A DNA stretch of 63,015 nucleotides, counting the filler, from Octopus bimaculoides (Eukaryota), in the NCBI RefSeq assembly GCF_001194135.2. It is 4 parts of 4 records of this genome, joined end to end, with 100 filler letters (N's around TTAATTAATTAA, not from the genome) between each part and the next. Parts side by side here need not be neighbours in the genome. Positions count along the whole stretch, not along the records: positions 1 to 23,454 come from NC_068989.1; 3 more parts are not named here. One strand, written 5' to 3'. The position numbers were made by a program, and so were the translations under genes. How positions within the stretch are numbered: the first letter of the stretch is position 1; each line of letters starts with the position of its first letter. This document shows positions 1 through 13,150 of this stretch, piece after piece. The notes under the pieces are model-generated. The model saw only the letters and a list, made by a program, of their open reading frames with translations, did no database searches and was not told the DNA's origin.

Positions 1-2578
1 GTACTTGAGTATATTCCACCGATGAAGGCAAAGCATTATTATTTATGCAATGCCAGAAATCCAGGATCTGGAAGTATCTTATTTTTACTGGTTTATTTAA
101 TCTTCGTCTTCGCTACTCGTGCTATGTGGACATTTTTTGTGGTTTTAGAGTCAGGATTTGACTGCTATTTTTCAGCGTGGTGGTATCTCTTAGATACCCT
201 GTATTATAATTTTAAATAATTATATATATATAAATATATATGTATGTAGGTAGGTAAGTAGGCTTAGCAGTGGGATAATACGCACGTACTCTTGTGAACT
301 ATTGTAGTAATATTCTCCATGTATCATGTCATTTTATTGTCATAGAGCTCAGGGAATTTTGGCGCCAACTATAAATTATGTATAGATTTACACATATACA
401 CACAATTTACATGATGAGTACAAGTATTCTTCGCATATATGCTACCTATGCGTGAATATCTATGTGTGTATACCTACATGTAGGTTGTCGTATTTGTACA
501 TATATGAGTAAATGTATCTATATATACAATCTTTGTAATGTTCTGAATTATTTTATCTATACCTTAAATATTTATTCTTTCTACTTTTCGTCTTTCAGTT
601 TTTTCACAGCTTCTCCTGCAATATACATGTTAAGCATTTGTATTTCAGTTGTTATATCTCTGTCGTTATTATCAACCAAAGGCATCGATTGCATATGTAA
701 TATACGACATAGAATCCCCACGTAGATTTTACATGATTCGTATACTTACAATATATACGGCAGATTACCTTACTGTAGTATTTCAACGTGTATTTCACTG
801 TATTTTCAATTTCTTTTACATACACGTCTATTGAAATATGTTATATAATAATTTGCATTTTTCTTTTTAATTCCGAACACATCCCTGTTGCTGTGATTTC
901 AGCCTATCATTTTTGTGGCTAAAAAATTTGTATCATCTGTGAAATACATTTTTTATTTGATTTCTTTTCTTTGCATATACAATCCTCCATTACATTTCAC
1001 TACAATAACGTTCCGTTATGGAGTATATCACGATATCTGTTTCGATAAGCATTGCATGTATTTTCCATATTACTATACATCAACATGATCAAGAAACCAA
1101 ACGCTTATAGCGAATAAAATAGTACCATGGTGAAACAAATATTCTATAGCAGTAGATCTTGCCACGTGTCACGCTAGCATTAATATTATGATGTATAAAG
1201 TTTCATCTGTAAAGGATGTCAATCTATATGTAAAATTTCTACTGCAGAAACTGGAGTGCAACTATTAAAATAATCGTATTACGTAACTGAGTACGGTAAG
1301 GATAATTGCCACTTCACATTCAGTTTCGAATGGAGGGCTTTCTAACAACGTATTCTCCAATATTCTTGGCAACATGTATACAAAGAAATTCAATACTCAA
1401 CGGCTCCTAAAGAACAATATTTATAAACATTCCAGTTTAGAACTACTCACTATATATTATTGTATATAAAGAGGGTGAGGTTCAGTGGCTTGGTGGTTAC
1501 TTTGTTCAACACGTAATCATAATGCCAATTTCCTGGACGTGACGGTGTGTTTTATTATTGTATATATATTCATCTACGTATACATTCGTATATATATTCA
1601 TACATAAACCACACACGCAAACACGCACCTACACGCATATATATATATATATANNNNNNNNNNNNNNNNNNNNNNNNNNNNNNNNNNNNNNNNNNNNNNN
1701 NNNNNNNNNNNNNNNNNNNNNNNNNNNNNNNNNNNNNNNNNNNNNNNNNNNNNNNNNNNNNNNNNNNNNNNNNNNNNNNNNNNNNNNNNNNNNNNNNNNN
1801 NNNNNNNNNNNNNNNNNNNNNNNNNNNNNNNNNNNNNNNNNNNNNNNNNNNNNNNNNNNNNNNNNNNNNNNNNNNNNNNNNNNNNNNNNNNNNNNNNNNN
1901 NNNNNNNNNNNNNNNNNNNNNNNNNNNNNNNNNNNNNNNNNNNNNNNNNNNNNNNNNNNNNNNNNNNTATATATATGCATATATACATATTTGTATATTT
2001 ACATATATATGTGTGTGGGTTTGTATCTATGAATGTGTGTATTTGCATTGCGGAAAAGAAAATTTGATACACACTTTCTATCGTACCTGCCATTATATCC
2101 ACGGGCAAAATATGATTATTAAATTTGCTAAAAACTACAGAAAGCCGAAGCAAAGACAAAAATATTCTAGAATGATCAGAATGCCACCGAATCTGAAAGT
2201 ATCTTTCGTCTTACAGAATTTATTCAGCACTGCCATGTATCACCTCAATGATGAAGATTAATCTATTTAATAAACGAAATCTTTTATTTCAACTCAACAT
2301 GAAGCAAAATCTAGATTTCCAACAATTTCATTTTTAATCTAGAGCTGCTTTGTAGAAAAATTCCAGACACTAGAGAACATGCTATTCAACTCGGCAAGAA
2401 TATGTCTGTATGATAAATATTTTATTAAATGTTTCCTTTTAATTTCACACACTAAGCGAAGTCATTCAAAGTCTCAAGAGAGAATGTGTAGAACCAATGA
2501 TAGCTAAATTGATGTGGTATCTCCCATTGATTTAAAAACACAATTTGTCGGTTACTTTTTAAGGTATAGTTCCTTTAT

Positions 2579-2900
2579 ATCGAAATCGGATGTAGAGGAT
2601 TTGTAGGAAACAGTGTGAAATGACTGCTGTTATCGTTAGGCCTAACTCATCGTAAGGTAAATACCACCATTACCGATATCCAAACTACAGTGGAGAAGGC
2701 TAGCCACTGGATTTGGTTAAAAAGAGACGATGAGCGATGGCTAGAGAAATATTGAGCTTTGTTTTAATAATCAGTTGATCTAGCAAGCGGGGCCTCATAT
2801 CAGTGAGTGGGGGCCAGTGCGCATTGATGCCGTCGAGAGGTAGGCCCCGAAACGGCGCGCATTCTCTCCTGATGACCCCATACACCTGCTGGCTTCCGGT
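2579..2900 (+). mobile_element. 3' end of a HERO/R2-like (restriction-like endonuclease) non-LTR retrotransposon, degraded
   Basis: IEIGCRGFVGNSVK*LLLSLGL...VEKASHWIWLKRDDERW resembles the RLE-clade C-terminus; in-frame stop; GC-rich 3' UTR-like tail; 3' boundary approximate. Confidence 0.65.
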
Positions 2901-3029
2901 ATGCGGAGTTCTTGACTGGCAGCACTTGCATGTGCAAGTTGTTTGCAAGACACATATCAAGTTCAGTAAAAAATAAGCAGCGTTGAAAAACATGAAATTC
3001 ATCACAATATATTTCAACAATGCGGAAAT

Positions 3030-4228
3030 TTTCTTCGGCAATGTAAATACCATTACAATGAACACATTTTTTGCCAACGAGTTACAAGTTTGTATATTCT
3101 GGTAACATAAAGATCTGTAATTCTGGAGTTGATGAATTGTTTGAACACTCCTTCAGCCTCGGTTTGATTTTTCAGCTCCTTCTCTCGCTGGAAACCATCA
3201 AGACGCTTGAAAAAGTAGTAGGCGGTAGGAGAAACTTCTGGGGAATAGGTTGGGTGGAGAAGAACTTCGTAGCCAATTTCCTTCAACATTTGGAGCGTCA
3301 TTAGTGAAACGTGTGGTCGAGCATTGTCATGAAGAATGATTGGCCCGCCTCTGTTGACCAATCTGGGACGGAAGAGTAAGATATTTACGTTCATTTTGGC
3401 AATTTCACGACAATGTTTCTGCAGTAATGATTTTTCTGGGTTTAAAAAAGTTATAGTGGATGAGTCCAGCAGTACACCACCAAACAGTCACCATAACTTT
3501 CTTTTTCAAGAACTCAAATTTAGGTAAGGTTTTCGGTTTTACATTTTGGTCCAATCACTGTGAAGAACGATTTTTATTATTATGTAGAATCCACTTTTCA
3601 TTGCAATATTTACAGTACGGTCGCGAAATGGATTGGTCTGGTTACGGAGAAGCAACGAGCAAATTTCATATCTGTACATTTCCTGATTTTCATTTAAATC
3701 GTATGGTATCCATTTGTCAAGCCCTTTTATTTTCTGATTGCATGCAAATGGTTGCAGGCAGTTTTCTGGCTAACTTCAAGTTCTTTTGACAGTTCTCGAG
3801 TGGTTTTACGTGGTTCTTTCTCAATGACAGTCTTTAATTAACCATCGTCGATGACAGATGGGCGTCTGCTACGCTCACGATCTTCAAGGTTCAGGTCTCC
3901 ACTACGAATTCGTTTAAACCATTTTCGAGCTGACCACTGACTGCTCATTTTCTCACCAAAGGTTTCGTTGATATCACGAATAGTTTCAGCTGTTTTACGT
4001 CATCTTTTGAAGTTGGATAGCAAAATTGCTCGAATATCGCACTTTGACAGGTCCATTTCAGATGATTGTAACAATGGTGAAAAAATATCGATAACTAGTG
4101 TAACAGGAAAGATGCAAATTTTCATTACTTTTATCTATCTTTTACTTGTTCAATTATTATCAGACAATTACAAAAAAACGTTTTAAAGTATTCAAAACTC
4201 TACATAACTCCGGTACAAAGTTTTCATG
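3030..4228 (-). mobile_element. Degraded mariner (DD34D-type) transposon
   Basis: ILHDNARPHVS...HPTYSPEVSPTAYYFF motifs in ORF 3053-3394; boundaries approximate. Confidence 0.85.
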
Positions 4229-4250
4229 AACCCTAACCCTAACCCTAACC
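4229..4250. repeat. Short interstitial (CCCTAA)n / TTAGGG-type repeat
   Basis: aaccctaaccctaaccctaacc, about 3.5 units. Confidence 0.8.
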
Positions 4251-4439
4251 TGATAATTCAGCGGAAATGATGTGATATATAACTACATATATGTGTAAGG
4301 CCACAACTCCATGCGATAACCCAGTCTTCACTACTGGTTAGTGCAACAAACTGATCTAGTACGTCTAGTGATATTGATGTCGCAGTATAATGATGTCATA
4401 TAATGATGTGTGAGACGCATTAAGAGAATAAAGATAAGA

Positions 4440-4990
4440 TGAAAGAGAACAAATGTTCATCTTCCCAAAAAATCGAAGTTTCGTCGAGGCAGCAGTCGTC
4501 ACAATGAAAGAGCTCTTCATTTCCACGACTGACGAAGGCGCGACAGAGCGGTTGCTCAATCAAGTGCATATCCATAGCTGGTTTTCAACATCCGTTGTAT
4601 TGAACATCGAGAATTCGTCCTCCAGGACCAGTTCGTCGAAGGGGAGTTCTACTGCGGCGTTTTGAAGTGTATGAGAGAGGACACTCGGCGAAAGCAACCG
4701 GTCGTGTGGAGCGCGAAGAAATTGATTCTTCACCACGACAATGCACCCTGCCACCAAGCTCTTCTCACTCGAGAGTTACTCGCCAAATGCGACATGATAT
4801 TGCTTCCTGTTTCACCATCTTATTCGCCAGATTAAGCACCTGCAGACTTGCATCTTTTCCCCAACATAAAAATGCAGCTAAAAGGTCACGGTTTAAACTC
4901 TGTTGTCGAGATCAAGAGCGAATCGTGGATGGTCCTCGACTCGCCTACAAAAAATGACTTCGAGGCCGGATTCCAAAATTAGTAGGAAGG
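4440..4990 (+). mobile_element. Degraded mariner transposase fragment
   Basis: From about 4725: ILHHDNAPCHQALLTRELLAK...SYSPD-like, frameshifted; boundaries approximate. Confidence 0.8.
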
Positions 4991-5726
4991 CTAGGACCCG
5001 TGTATCGCTGTGCATAGTAACCAGTTCGAAAGGGATGATGTTAAAACCTAGATAAATAAGTTATTTTTTATCAAACAAAACTTGTCCGAGAACGTTTTGA
5101 TACCACCTCCAATAAACTTATATGGACAGTTATATTTCAAATATATATTCCAATGTGATTTTATTTCTTTACGCGTAAATGAACGCATCAATACGCACAA
5201 TATGCAGAGATATACTCATCAAATGTTATTATTGTATTTAAATTTTTCACCTATTCTTCCTGTCATACACTTGTATAGAAATAAATTATCTGCATAGTAC
5301 AGCATATAAGCCATAGTAATATTTTGTAATTATTTGGAAGCTCTGCTATCAAACTGAAAACATATAATTTAGTTTAATATTCGTTTTCGCACACGAATAG
5401 AATCACTTCACTACCTTCTCAAAAACCATATACAGCTCCACATTCGTTAGTCTGTCATACAGAACATAGATAATTAGACTATATATTTCTCTTTTCTAGC
5501 AGCAGTCCTAATTAGATGTCTATTATCGGCATTATTCAATGCTATATGGCGACGAATCATCTTCAGCTATAATAATTTCTCCAGTCATCACCAGTTTCTT
5601 AAGCATGCTGGAGAAAAAAAAACCTCATTGATTCATTCTCTAATATTAACATTATATAGCATATAATATAAAATGTACATATGTGTGTATCTGAATGTGT
5701 GTATGTATGGGCATCTTGGTATTTTG

Positions 5727-5764
<38 letters not shown>

Positions 5765-6451
5765 NNNNNNNNNNNNNNNNNNNNNNNNNNNNNNNNNNNN
5801 NNNNNNNNNNNNNNNNNNNNNNNNNNNNNNNNNNNNNNNNNNNNNNNNNNNNNNNNNNNNNNNNNNNNNNNNNNNNNNNNNNNNNNNNNNNNNNNNNNNN
5901 NNNNNNNNNNNNNNNNNNNNNNNNNNNNNNNNNNNNNNNNNNNNNNNNNNNNNNNNNNNNNNNNNNNNNNNNNNNNNNNNNNNNNNNNNNNNNNNNNNNN
6001 NNNNNNNNNNNNNNNNNNNNNNNNNNNNNNNNNNNNNNNNNNNNNNNNNNNNNNNNNNNNNNNNNNNNNNNNNNNNNNNNNNNNNNNNNNNNNNNNNNNN
6101 NNNNNNNNNNNNNNNNNNNNNNNNNNNNNNNNNNNNNNNNNNNNNNNNNNNNNNNNNNNNNNNNNNNNNNNNNNNNNNNNNNNNNNNNNNNNNNNNNNNN
6201 NNNNNNNNNNNNNNNNNNNNNNNNNNNNNNNNNNNNNNNNNNNNNNNNNNNNNNNNNNNNNNNNNNNNNNNNNNNNNNNNNNNNNNNNNNNNNNNNNNNN
6301 NNNNNNNNNNNNNNNNNNNNNNNNNNNNNNNNNNNNNNNNNNNNNNNNNNNNNNNNNNNNNNNNNNNNNNNNNNNNNNNNNNNNNNNNNNNNNNNNNNNN
6401 NNNNNNNNNNNNNNNNNNNNNNNNNNNNNNNNNNNNNNNNNNNNNNNNNNN

Positions 6452-6488
<37 letters not shown>

Positions 6489-8089
6489 TTATATGTATGT
6501 ATGTACATATGTAAATATAACTTATGAATGTATGAGTGTATGTATTATTGTACTCGTATATTATAGATATAATATATACTAATTTTGTGGAATTAGCATT
6601 TTGTGTTTGCTAGGTTTGCATGTATTCGTAGGAATATCGATTAATCACTGCAGGTATGAAATCATTTAAATGTCTTCGTGTGTTGTCTATAGACTACGTC
6701 CTTTTGCTATTTTAAGATCTAAGTGCTATCATTGCTAAATTTGTTTTTTTACAATTTGTTTCGCACAATTGTGGCTATGATAAAAGACTTGACTTCACTG
6801 CAGTCAAATCCGAAATAATAACGTTGCAAGGCATACTTTCAAATTCACATCCTCTGTTTGAAAATATTCCTAAGTTAAACATAGCTGTAGAAAGACGATA
6901 ATGTGAACGGAAAATCACTTGTGACAAATTGGACTGGTTTGCTTTGCGTAAAACTGCCCACCAATTACAGTATCGAATTGCAGTGTGGTTGGATTATATC
7001 GGAGAGTATTTGCATAAGTTGGTCGAAGCAGAGAAGCCTTTTATCATGTTACACACTGAGCATGGTCGGAATTCTCATATATTTGCCCCTTTTCTCTGAC
7101 ACCGTTCTACAATTTCAATCGAACAATTGATTGGTTTTATTCAGTAAAGTTTCATCATGGGTGAACATGTGTGCAACAGATTGCTAACGTAAAACGGTAG
7201 TGGTGCATTCAATGTATTTACCACCTAAAGGTGAACACTTGCTAGAGAAATCAACAGAAGTTCTGCATATTTTATCTCAAAATGTGTGTTTCAAATTTTG
7301 GCACAAAACCAACAATTGTAAGAGAGAATTAATTCAATTGCATCGACCCTAATGCTCATCTGGTACTTTTATCGATCCACAAAAACAGCAAAATGTAAAG
7401 ATGGACGAAATGCCGCTAAGCATTTTGCAAGGTGTGATAACGATTGCCTACTGAAAATTATAGTAAATGGTTTTGTGCATGTTTCAACGAAAAAATTTGG
7501 CTGTTAGTGTATCTAGTACAAACTATGATAAGAAATCTTTAATGTAACAAAATTTTATATAAACCTCATAACATCTGTGATATGCACCAAGACAAAAACA
7601 GAAAGGTATTTAATAGATTTGGTATATTCTTATGAGAAAATTATAAACGAAGACAATCTCGCCACAACACTTCCTCGTCAGTTTCTGTGGATAGCATCTG
7701 TAATCCTACCAGCGTCAATGCACTTGTAGTTTACTCACTGGGAACTACTGTTTATAAAGGTAAAGCAAGAGAGAGAAAGAAAGAGAGTGAATGAGAGATA
7801 GAGAGAGGCTTAAGAGAGAAACGCTTCTAACTTTCTTTTCCTATTTTTGAGAAATCATATCAAAAAGTGAAAATTGTAAACATTATTTCCATCTAATTCT
7901 CTGATTATTACACTTCCACTAGTCGTGGATAATATCATTTCGCCCTTGTTTTAGGCTCCTGAACATGACATAACTCGAGATAATAAAATTAGCTAGTCTA
8001 AAGTCACTTACGATGAAATTTAAAGACGATCGGATTTTTTTAACAAATGAAAAAAATATTGAATTTGCAGTTACATCTAATGTTTTCAC

Positions 8090-8800
8090 TATGTACTAAA
8101 CAGAAATCCTCGTTCGTTCGTCCGTCCGTTTTTCTCGTCACTTTATCCGTCGGGATGACTTAGAAACAGTATTTTTGAAATTTCGTCTTGCCATGATATT
8201 TGCTATCATTCTCTATGGATAACAAGAAATCCGGCCAGCGTTCTATATGCAGATGGTTGGTTCACTGGAAACTGCTTCTTAAAGGGAAATAAAGCATATC
8301 TGCATTTTATTGCCAACTTAGTAATAAGGCACCTGGGAAGACGTATTATTACTTATGACAATGCTCACATCGCGCTCTGAATCTGATTTACAGTGTATCC
8401 TGCAGGCATTTCATTCATCATCGTAAACCGTATGTTCTTGAACTCAGCGCACTTGTATATTGCGCCCAACTTTTGTCGTAGTTGCGCAATATCTCCAGAG
8501 TTTGAGAGACACTGACAGACAGTTGTATCACCTGCATAGCTCGTAAATGTAGCTAGCTAAGCTGCTGAGGATATATGTGAGAGGGGCGCTTTGAATAGCA
8601 GTGACCCTGAGACAGTGCCCTGTGGAACACCATTCACTATTTGTGTTTCTTTAGAGATAACTCCACTGTCCGCCACTACCTCATTTCTAAAGTTTAAAAA
8701 GTCAAGTTGCCACTATGAAAGTTTTCCGAATATGCAGAGATCGGTCATGCAGATGGTGACATATCATTCGATGGACAAAGTTATTAAAGGCCTTTCAAAA
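8090..8800 (-). mobile_element. Degraded CR1/L2-like LINE reverse transcriptase fragment
   Basis: Reverse strand reads NGVPQGTVSGSLLF...SYAGDT (GVPQGSVLGP / YADD equivalents); boundaries approximate. Confidence 0.75.
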
Positions 8801-8941
8801 CTCGAGATATATACTACCGAAAGTGGATATTCATATTCTTGCTTTANNNNNNNNNNNNNNNNNNNNNNNNNNNNNNNNNNNNNNNNNNNNNNNNNNNNNN
8901 NNNNNNNNNNNNNNNNNNNNNNNNNNNNNNTATATATATAT

Positions 8942-8978
<37 letters not shown>

Positions 8979-9569
8979 CACGAATTAGATTTTTAATATG
9001 AGACCTATGCTTCTACGTTAGTGAAATAAATGTGACGTCATTACGTCGGCCATATCATGAAAACTGACAATAATTGTATTTGTTTATGTAATCCTTGAAT
9101 ACTACATATACTGATTGAAAATATTGCTCATAGGGATTTGCATTATCCCGGCACAATATTTCAATTATTAATAGATAAAGAAATGCATACGGCATATGTA
9201 TATCATTAAATATATAGTTTTAGACGCAAGCAATAAACTGTCATTTAAAAAGTAAACAATAAATGCTTAGTGATCTATGGTACGCGTTTATTCTACGTAC
9301 TTTAACTAAATCCATTTGAAGTTTTCCATATTATCATCACTAATATAGTGAAATCAATACTCTATTGAAGTTTCTTGGCAACCAAAAAAGTAGGAGATCT
9401 ATGTTTCAATATTCCTCTTGAAGCGAAATAATGTAACTAATTCCCGAATTTCAGTATGCATAATTCCAGAAAAGGATACATAAAATACAGATTATATAGA
9501 TTGCTTTGTACAAGTAATTTACCCATTATTCTCCACTTACATATTTGATGGAAATATCTATCATGCCAG

Positions 9570-9785
9570 AATGGTGCCGAGCTGGCAGAATCGTTAGTAG
9601 GTCGGACAAAATGCTTAGCAGCATTTAGCCTGTCTATATGCTGAGTTCAAATTCCGCCGAGGTCGATTTTGCCTTTCATCCTTTCGAGGTCTATAAAATA
9701 AGCACTAGTTGAGTACTGGGGACGATGTAATCGACTTATCCCCTCCCCCAAGCTTGCTGCCCTTCTGCCAAAATTTGAAACCAAT
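9570..9785 (+). mobile_element. tRNA-derived SINE (recurrent family in this window)
   Basis: gagctggcagaatcgttag...gagttcaaattccgccgagg...gtaatcgactta...aaaatttgaaac; homologous copies near 28130-28515, 52920-53050 and 58820-59247. Confidence 0.8.
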
Positions 9786-9789
9786 ATTT

Positions 9790-10350
9790 ATCATACCGAA
9801 TGAGACATGGGATCGTGAATGGACCAGTAGAATTTAGATCACCTCAACGGTTATGAGTATTACTGGACAGATAAAAGTTTACAAACTTCTATTCATTCAA
9901 AACGGTAGAACAGCGGAGTAGGCATTATGGTCTGGGGAGTAATCTGTGCCAATGGGAAGCTGCCTCTTGTTATCATTGATAGCCATTTCAACATCCATAT
10001 GTTGAAAGGGACACACATTGACGTAGAAGGGATATGGTTCTGTTGCGAGAACTTCATATTTCAGGAGGACAACGCTCCTATTCATAGTCCAAGTGCAACT
10101 CTGGATTTCCTCCCTGCAATCAGGATTGAAGTAATGCAATATCTAGCACGAATTCCCGACCTTAACTATATAGGGGATGCCAGGGGATATCTCACGAACG
10201 TTGTGTACAGCGAAGGTACGTTATATTCATATGTTGGTGAACTTGAAACGGTAATAAAGAAAGTCTGGGAAGTGATTCCACTTGATCTAAGCAAAAGTGG
10301 GTACATGAAATCGAATGCTTTTGAAGTAATTCAGAAAAGTGGCAATCAAA
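9790..10350 (+). mobile_element. Degraded Tc1-like transposase
   Basis: MVWGVICANGKLPL...FIFQEDNAPIHS...IPDLNYIG (ORF 9927-10421). Confidence 0.85.
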
Positions 10351-10368
10351 CACACCATTGTTGCTGTA

Positions 10369-10479
10369 TTTGTGTGAGAATATCATTATATGTGCGTGAG
10401 AATATCATTATATTTGTGTGAGAATATCATTATATTTGTGTGAGAATATCATTATATTTGTGTGAGAATATCATTATAT
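10369..10479. repeat. 22-bp tandem repeat, 5 copies
   Basis: Unit tttgtgtgagaatatcattata, with a variant second copy. Confidence 0.9.
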
Positions 10480-10489
10480 ATTTTCCATT

Positions 10490-11480
10490 TTGTTCGATGA
10501 ACTTCATGATTCTGCGCTCTTAGAACTTCTGATCTTTATCAGCCAATAACTGGAGCAAGGGTGATTTCAGGTCCTTACCATTATTGAAACTTTTACCATT
10601 CAAAGAACTTTGCAAAATTCGAAAGAAATGGTAATCTAATGGTGCAAGGTCAGGTCTATATGGTGAATGTGACATCTCTTCCCAACCAAGCTCCTGTAAT
10701 TCTTCACGAGTTAGCAAAGACGTGCGTGATCTAGCGTTGTCATGGAACACGATTCCTTTACAATTTGCCAAATCTGGCAGTTTTTTCTTCGCTTGCTTTC
10801 TCCAGTTTTATTAGTTGTGGACAATAAACATCCGATTTGCTCGCTTGGTTCCTTGGAAGCAGCTCAAAGTGCACAACACCTTTGTAATCTCACCAAATTG
10901 ACAGCATGCCTTTTTTTTATGCAATTCAGCTTTTGATATGTCTCCAGCTGGTTCATTACTCTTGAACCATGATCGTTTCCGATTGATGTTATTGTAGACA
11001 ATCCACTTTTCATCACCAGTTATAATTCATTGTAAAAAAGAATGGTTTCATTGCTTTTGAGATGCGTATCGCAAATATTAATCCGTCGTGTTAAGTGAAT
11101 CTCTCTCAATTTATGTGGAACACAAATATCGAGCTTCTTAACACGTCCAATCCATTTTAAGTGATTTTCAATTGTTGTGTGTGATACATTTAACCTCTCT
11201 GCAATCTCTTGCACACTTATATGACAATCAGCTTGAATTATGGCTTTGATTCTGTCATCATCGACATCATTATTTTGTCCAGAACATTGTTAATCTTTGA
11301 ATGAAAAATCTTCAGAACGGAAGTTTTTAAACTATTTCTGACATGCGCGTTCTGTTAAGCAATCAATGCCATAAACCTCTCATATATATTTGTGAGGCTC
11401 AGCTGCTTTCTTGCTTTTATGGAAATAAAGAAAAGCACAACAGGGCGAAAATGTTCGTTTTAGCACACTATATTAACATT
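10490..11480 (-). mobile_element. Degraded mariner transposon
   Basis: VFHDNARSRTS...HSPYRPDLAPLDYHFFR and IAERLNVSHTTIENHL (HTH) on the minus strand. Confidence 0.88.
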
Positions 11481-11487
11481 GTCACTG

Positions 11488-11523
<36 letters not shown>

Positions 11524-11597
11524 CTGATGAAATGTAGGAGCAGATTTCAGCGACACCATCTAAAACTCTGAGTTTTATTTTGACAACCAACTAATTG

Positions 11598-11635
<38 letters not shown>

Positions 11636-11950
11636 TGGTTGGGCAACATAATCGAAAAACCTAGCATCATAACATCATAATTTTGAAATATCNNNNNNNN
11701 NNNNNNNNNNNNNNNNNNNNNNNNNNNNNNNNNNNNNNNNNNNNNNNNNNNNNNNNNNNNNNNNNNNNNNNNNNNNNNNNNNNNNNNNNNNNNNNNNNNN
11801 NNNNNNNNNNNNNNNNNNNNNNNNNNNNNNNNNNNNNNNNNNNNNNNNNNNNNNNNNNNNNNNNNNNNNNNNNNNNNNNNNNNNNNNNNNNNNNNNNNNN
11901 NNNNNNNNNNNNNNNNNNNNNNNNNNNNNNNNNNNNNNNNNNNNNNNNNN

Positions 11951-12360
11951 CACAAAAGTACAACTCCCAAAATTACTGCAGAGCTTATGACATCTCGAGA
12001 ACCCAGTTTCCACAAAAACTGTCCGTTAGGAGCTGCACAAACCCGAATTTCACAAGAGGGCTGCAATAAGAAAACCATTACTTTCAAAAACAAACGTCGC
12101 AAAGCGTTTAGAGTGGAGTAAAAAATCTTCAGAATTGGTCCCTAGAGCAGTAGAAGAATGTTATTTTCTCAGGCGAATCATCCTTTACCGTATTCCCGAG
12201 CGCCGGCCGAGTAAACGACAGCCAAAAGAAGCATTTGACCCTGACTGTCTTCTTCCAACTGTTAAACATGGAGGAAGATATGTGATGTTCTCGTGTGGGG
12301 CCAATATCTTTGAAATACCCCAGTCCAATGGTTTCCTTTCATTGAAGAATTTATAGTCAA
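11951..12360 (+). mobile_element. Degraded Tc1-like transposase fragment
   Basis: Frameshifted KPLLSKTN...LEW, FDPDCLLPTVKHGGRYVMF motifs. Confidence 0.75.
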
Positions 12361-12384
12361 CACTATTTAAGCATTTTATCTGAT

Positions 12385-13086
12385 GTGGATTCCTGAATGC
12401 TAGAAATAGATGCCGAATCATCCAACCACGGAATCCACATTTGCTGGTCATTCCTCTTATTCTTGTATGTAATATAATTTTAATCTTCGGATTTTTTAAT
12501 ATGCTAGACCACTGGTTTTAATTGATCAATATCAATTTCTACCCTCATTAATAAATTTTTAAATAAATAATACATGTTCTCTAACCGGTTAAATTAACTG
12601 CAGAAATTCATTAACTGCAGAATTATTTTCCGGACTTAGCGCGCCAGATTTGAAGACATTTGAAAGGATACACTGAGTGTAATTCACGGAGCTCTACACG
12701 TGTTCACCTACGGGTGGTGGCTTGTGTCTAGCTCGGTGTGTTGCATTCTAAAGGAGACAGATTTACGCTGACGATCCCGCAGATATTTACTTATGTAAAT
12801 GTTAACAGGTGAAACCATGGTATGTAAATTAATCGTATTTTAGTATTTTTTCATTTGTCTTACTCATTTGCAGTCTGTTGTGTCGCTGATTTTTTCCTAC
12901 TGAGAACATTCTTTTTCGTGGTTGGATGATTCGGCATCTATTTCTAGCATTCAGGAATCCACATTTGCTGGTCATTCTTCTTATTCTTGTATTTACATAT
13001 AATTTTAATCTTCGGATTTTTTAATATGCTAGATCACTGGTTTTAATTGATCAATATCAATTTCTACCCTCATTAATAAATTTTAA
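12385..13086. repeat. Direct duplication (12430-12565 / 12954-13086) with an inverted 46-bp segment, Penelope-like terminal sequence
   Basis: 12385-12430 is the reverse complement of 12917-12962; the duplicated tail resembles the reverse complement of about 19010-19105. Confidence 0.7.
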
Positions 13087-13098
13087 AATGTTTTAAAT

Positions 13099-13150
<52 letters not shown>

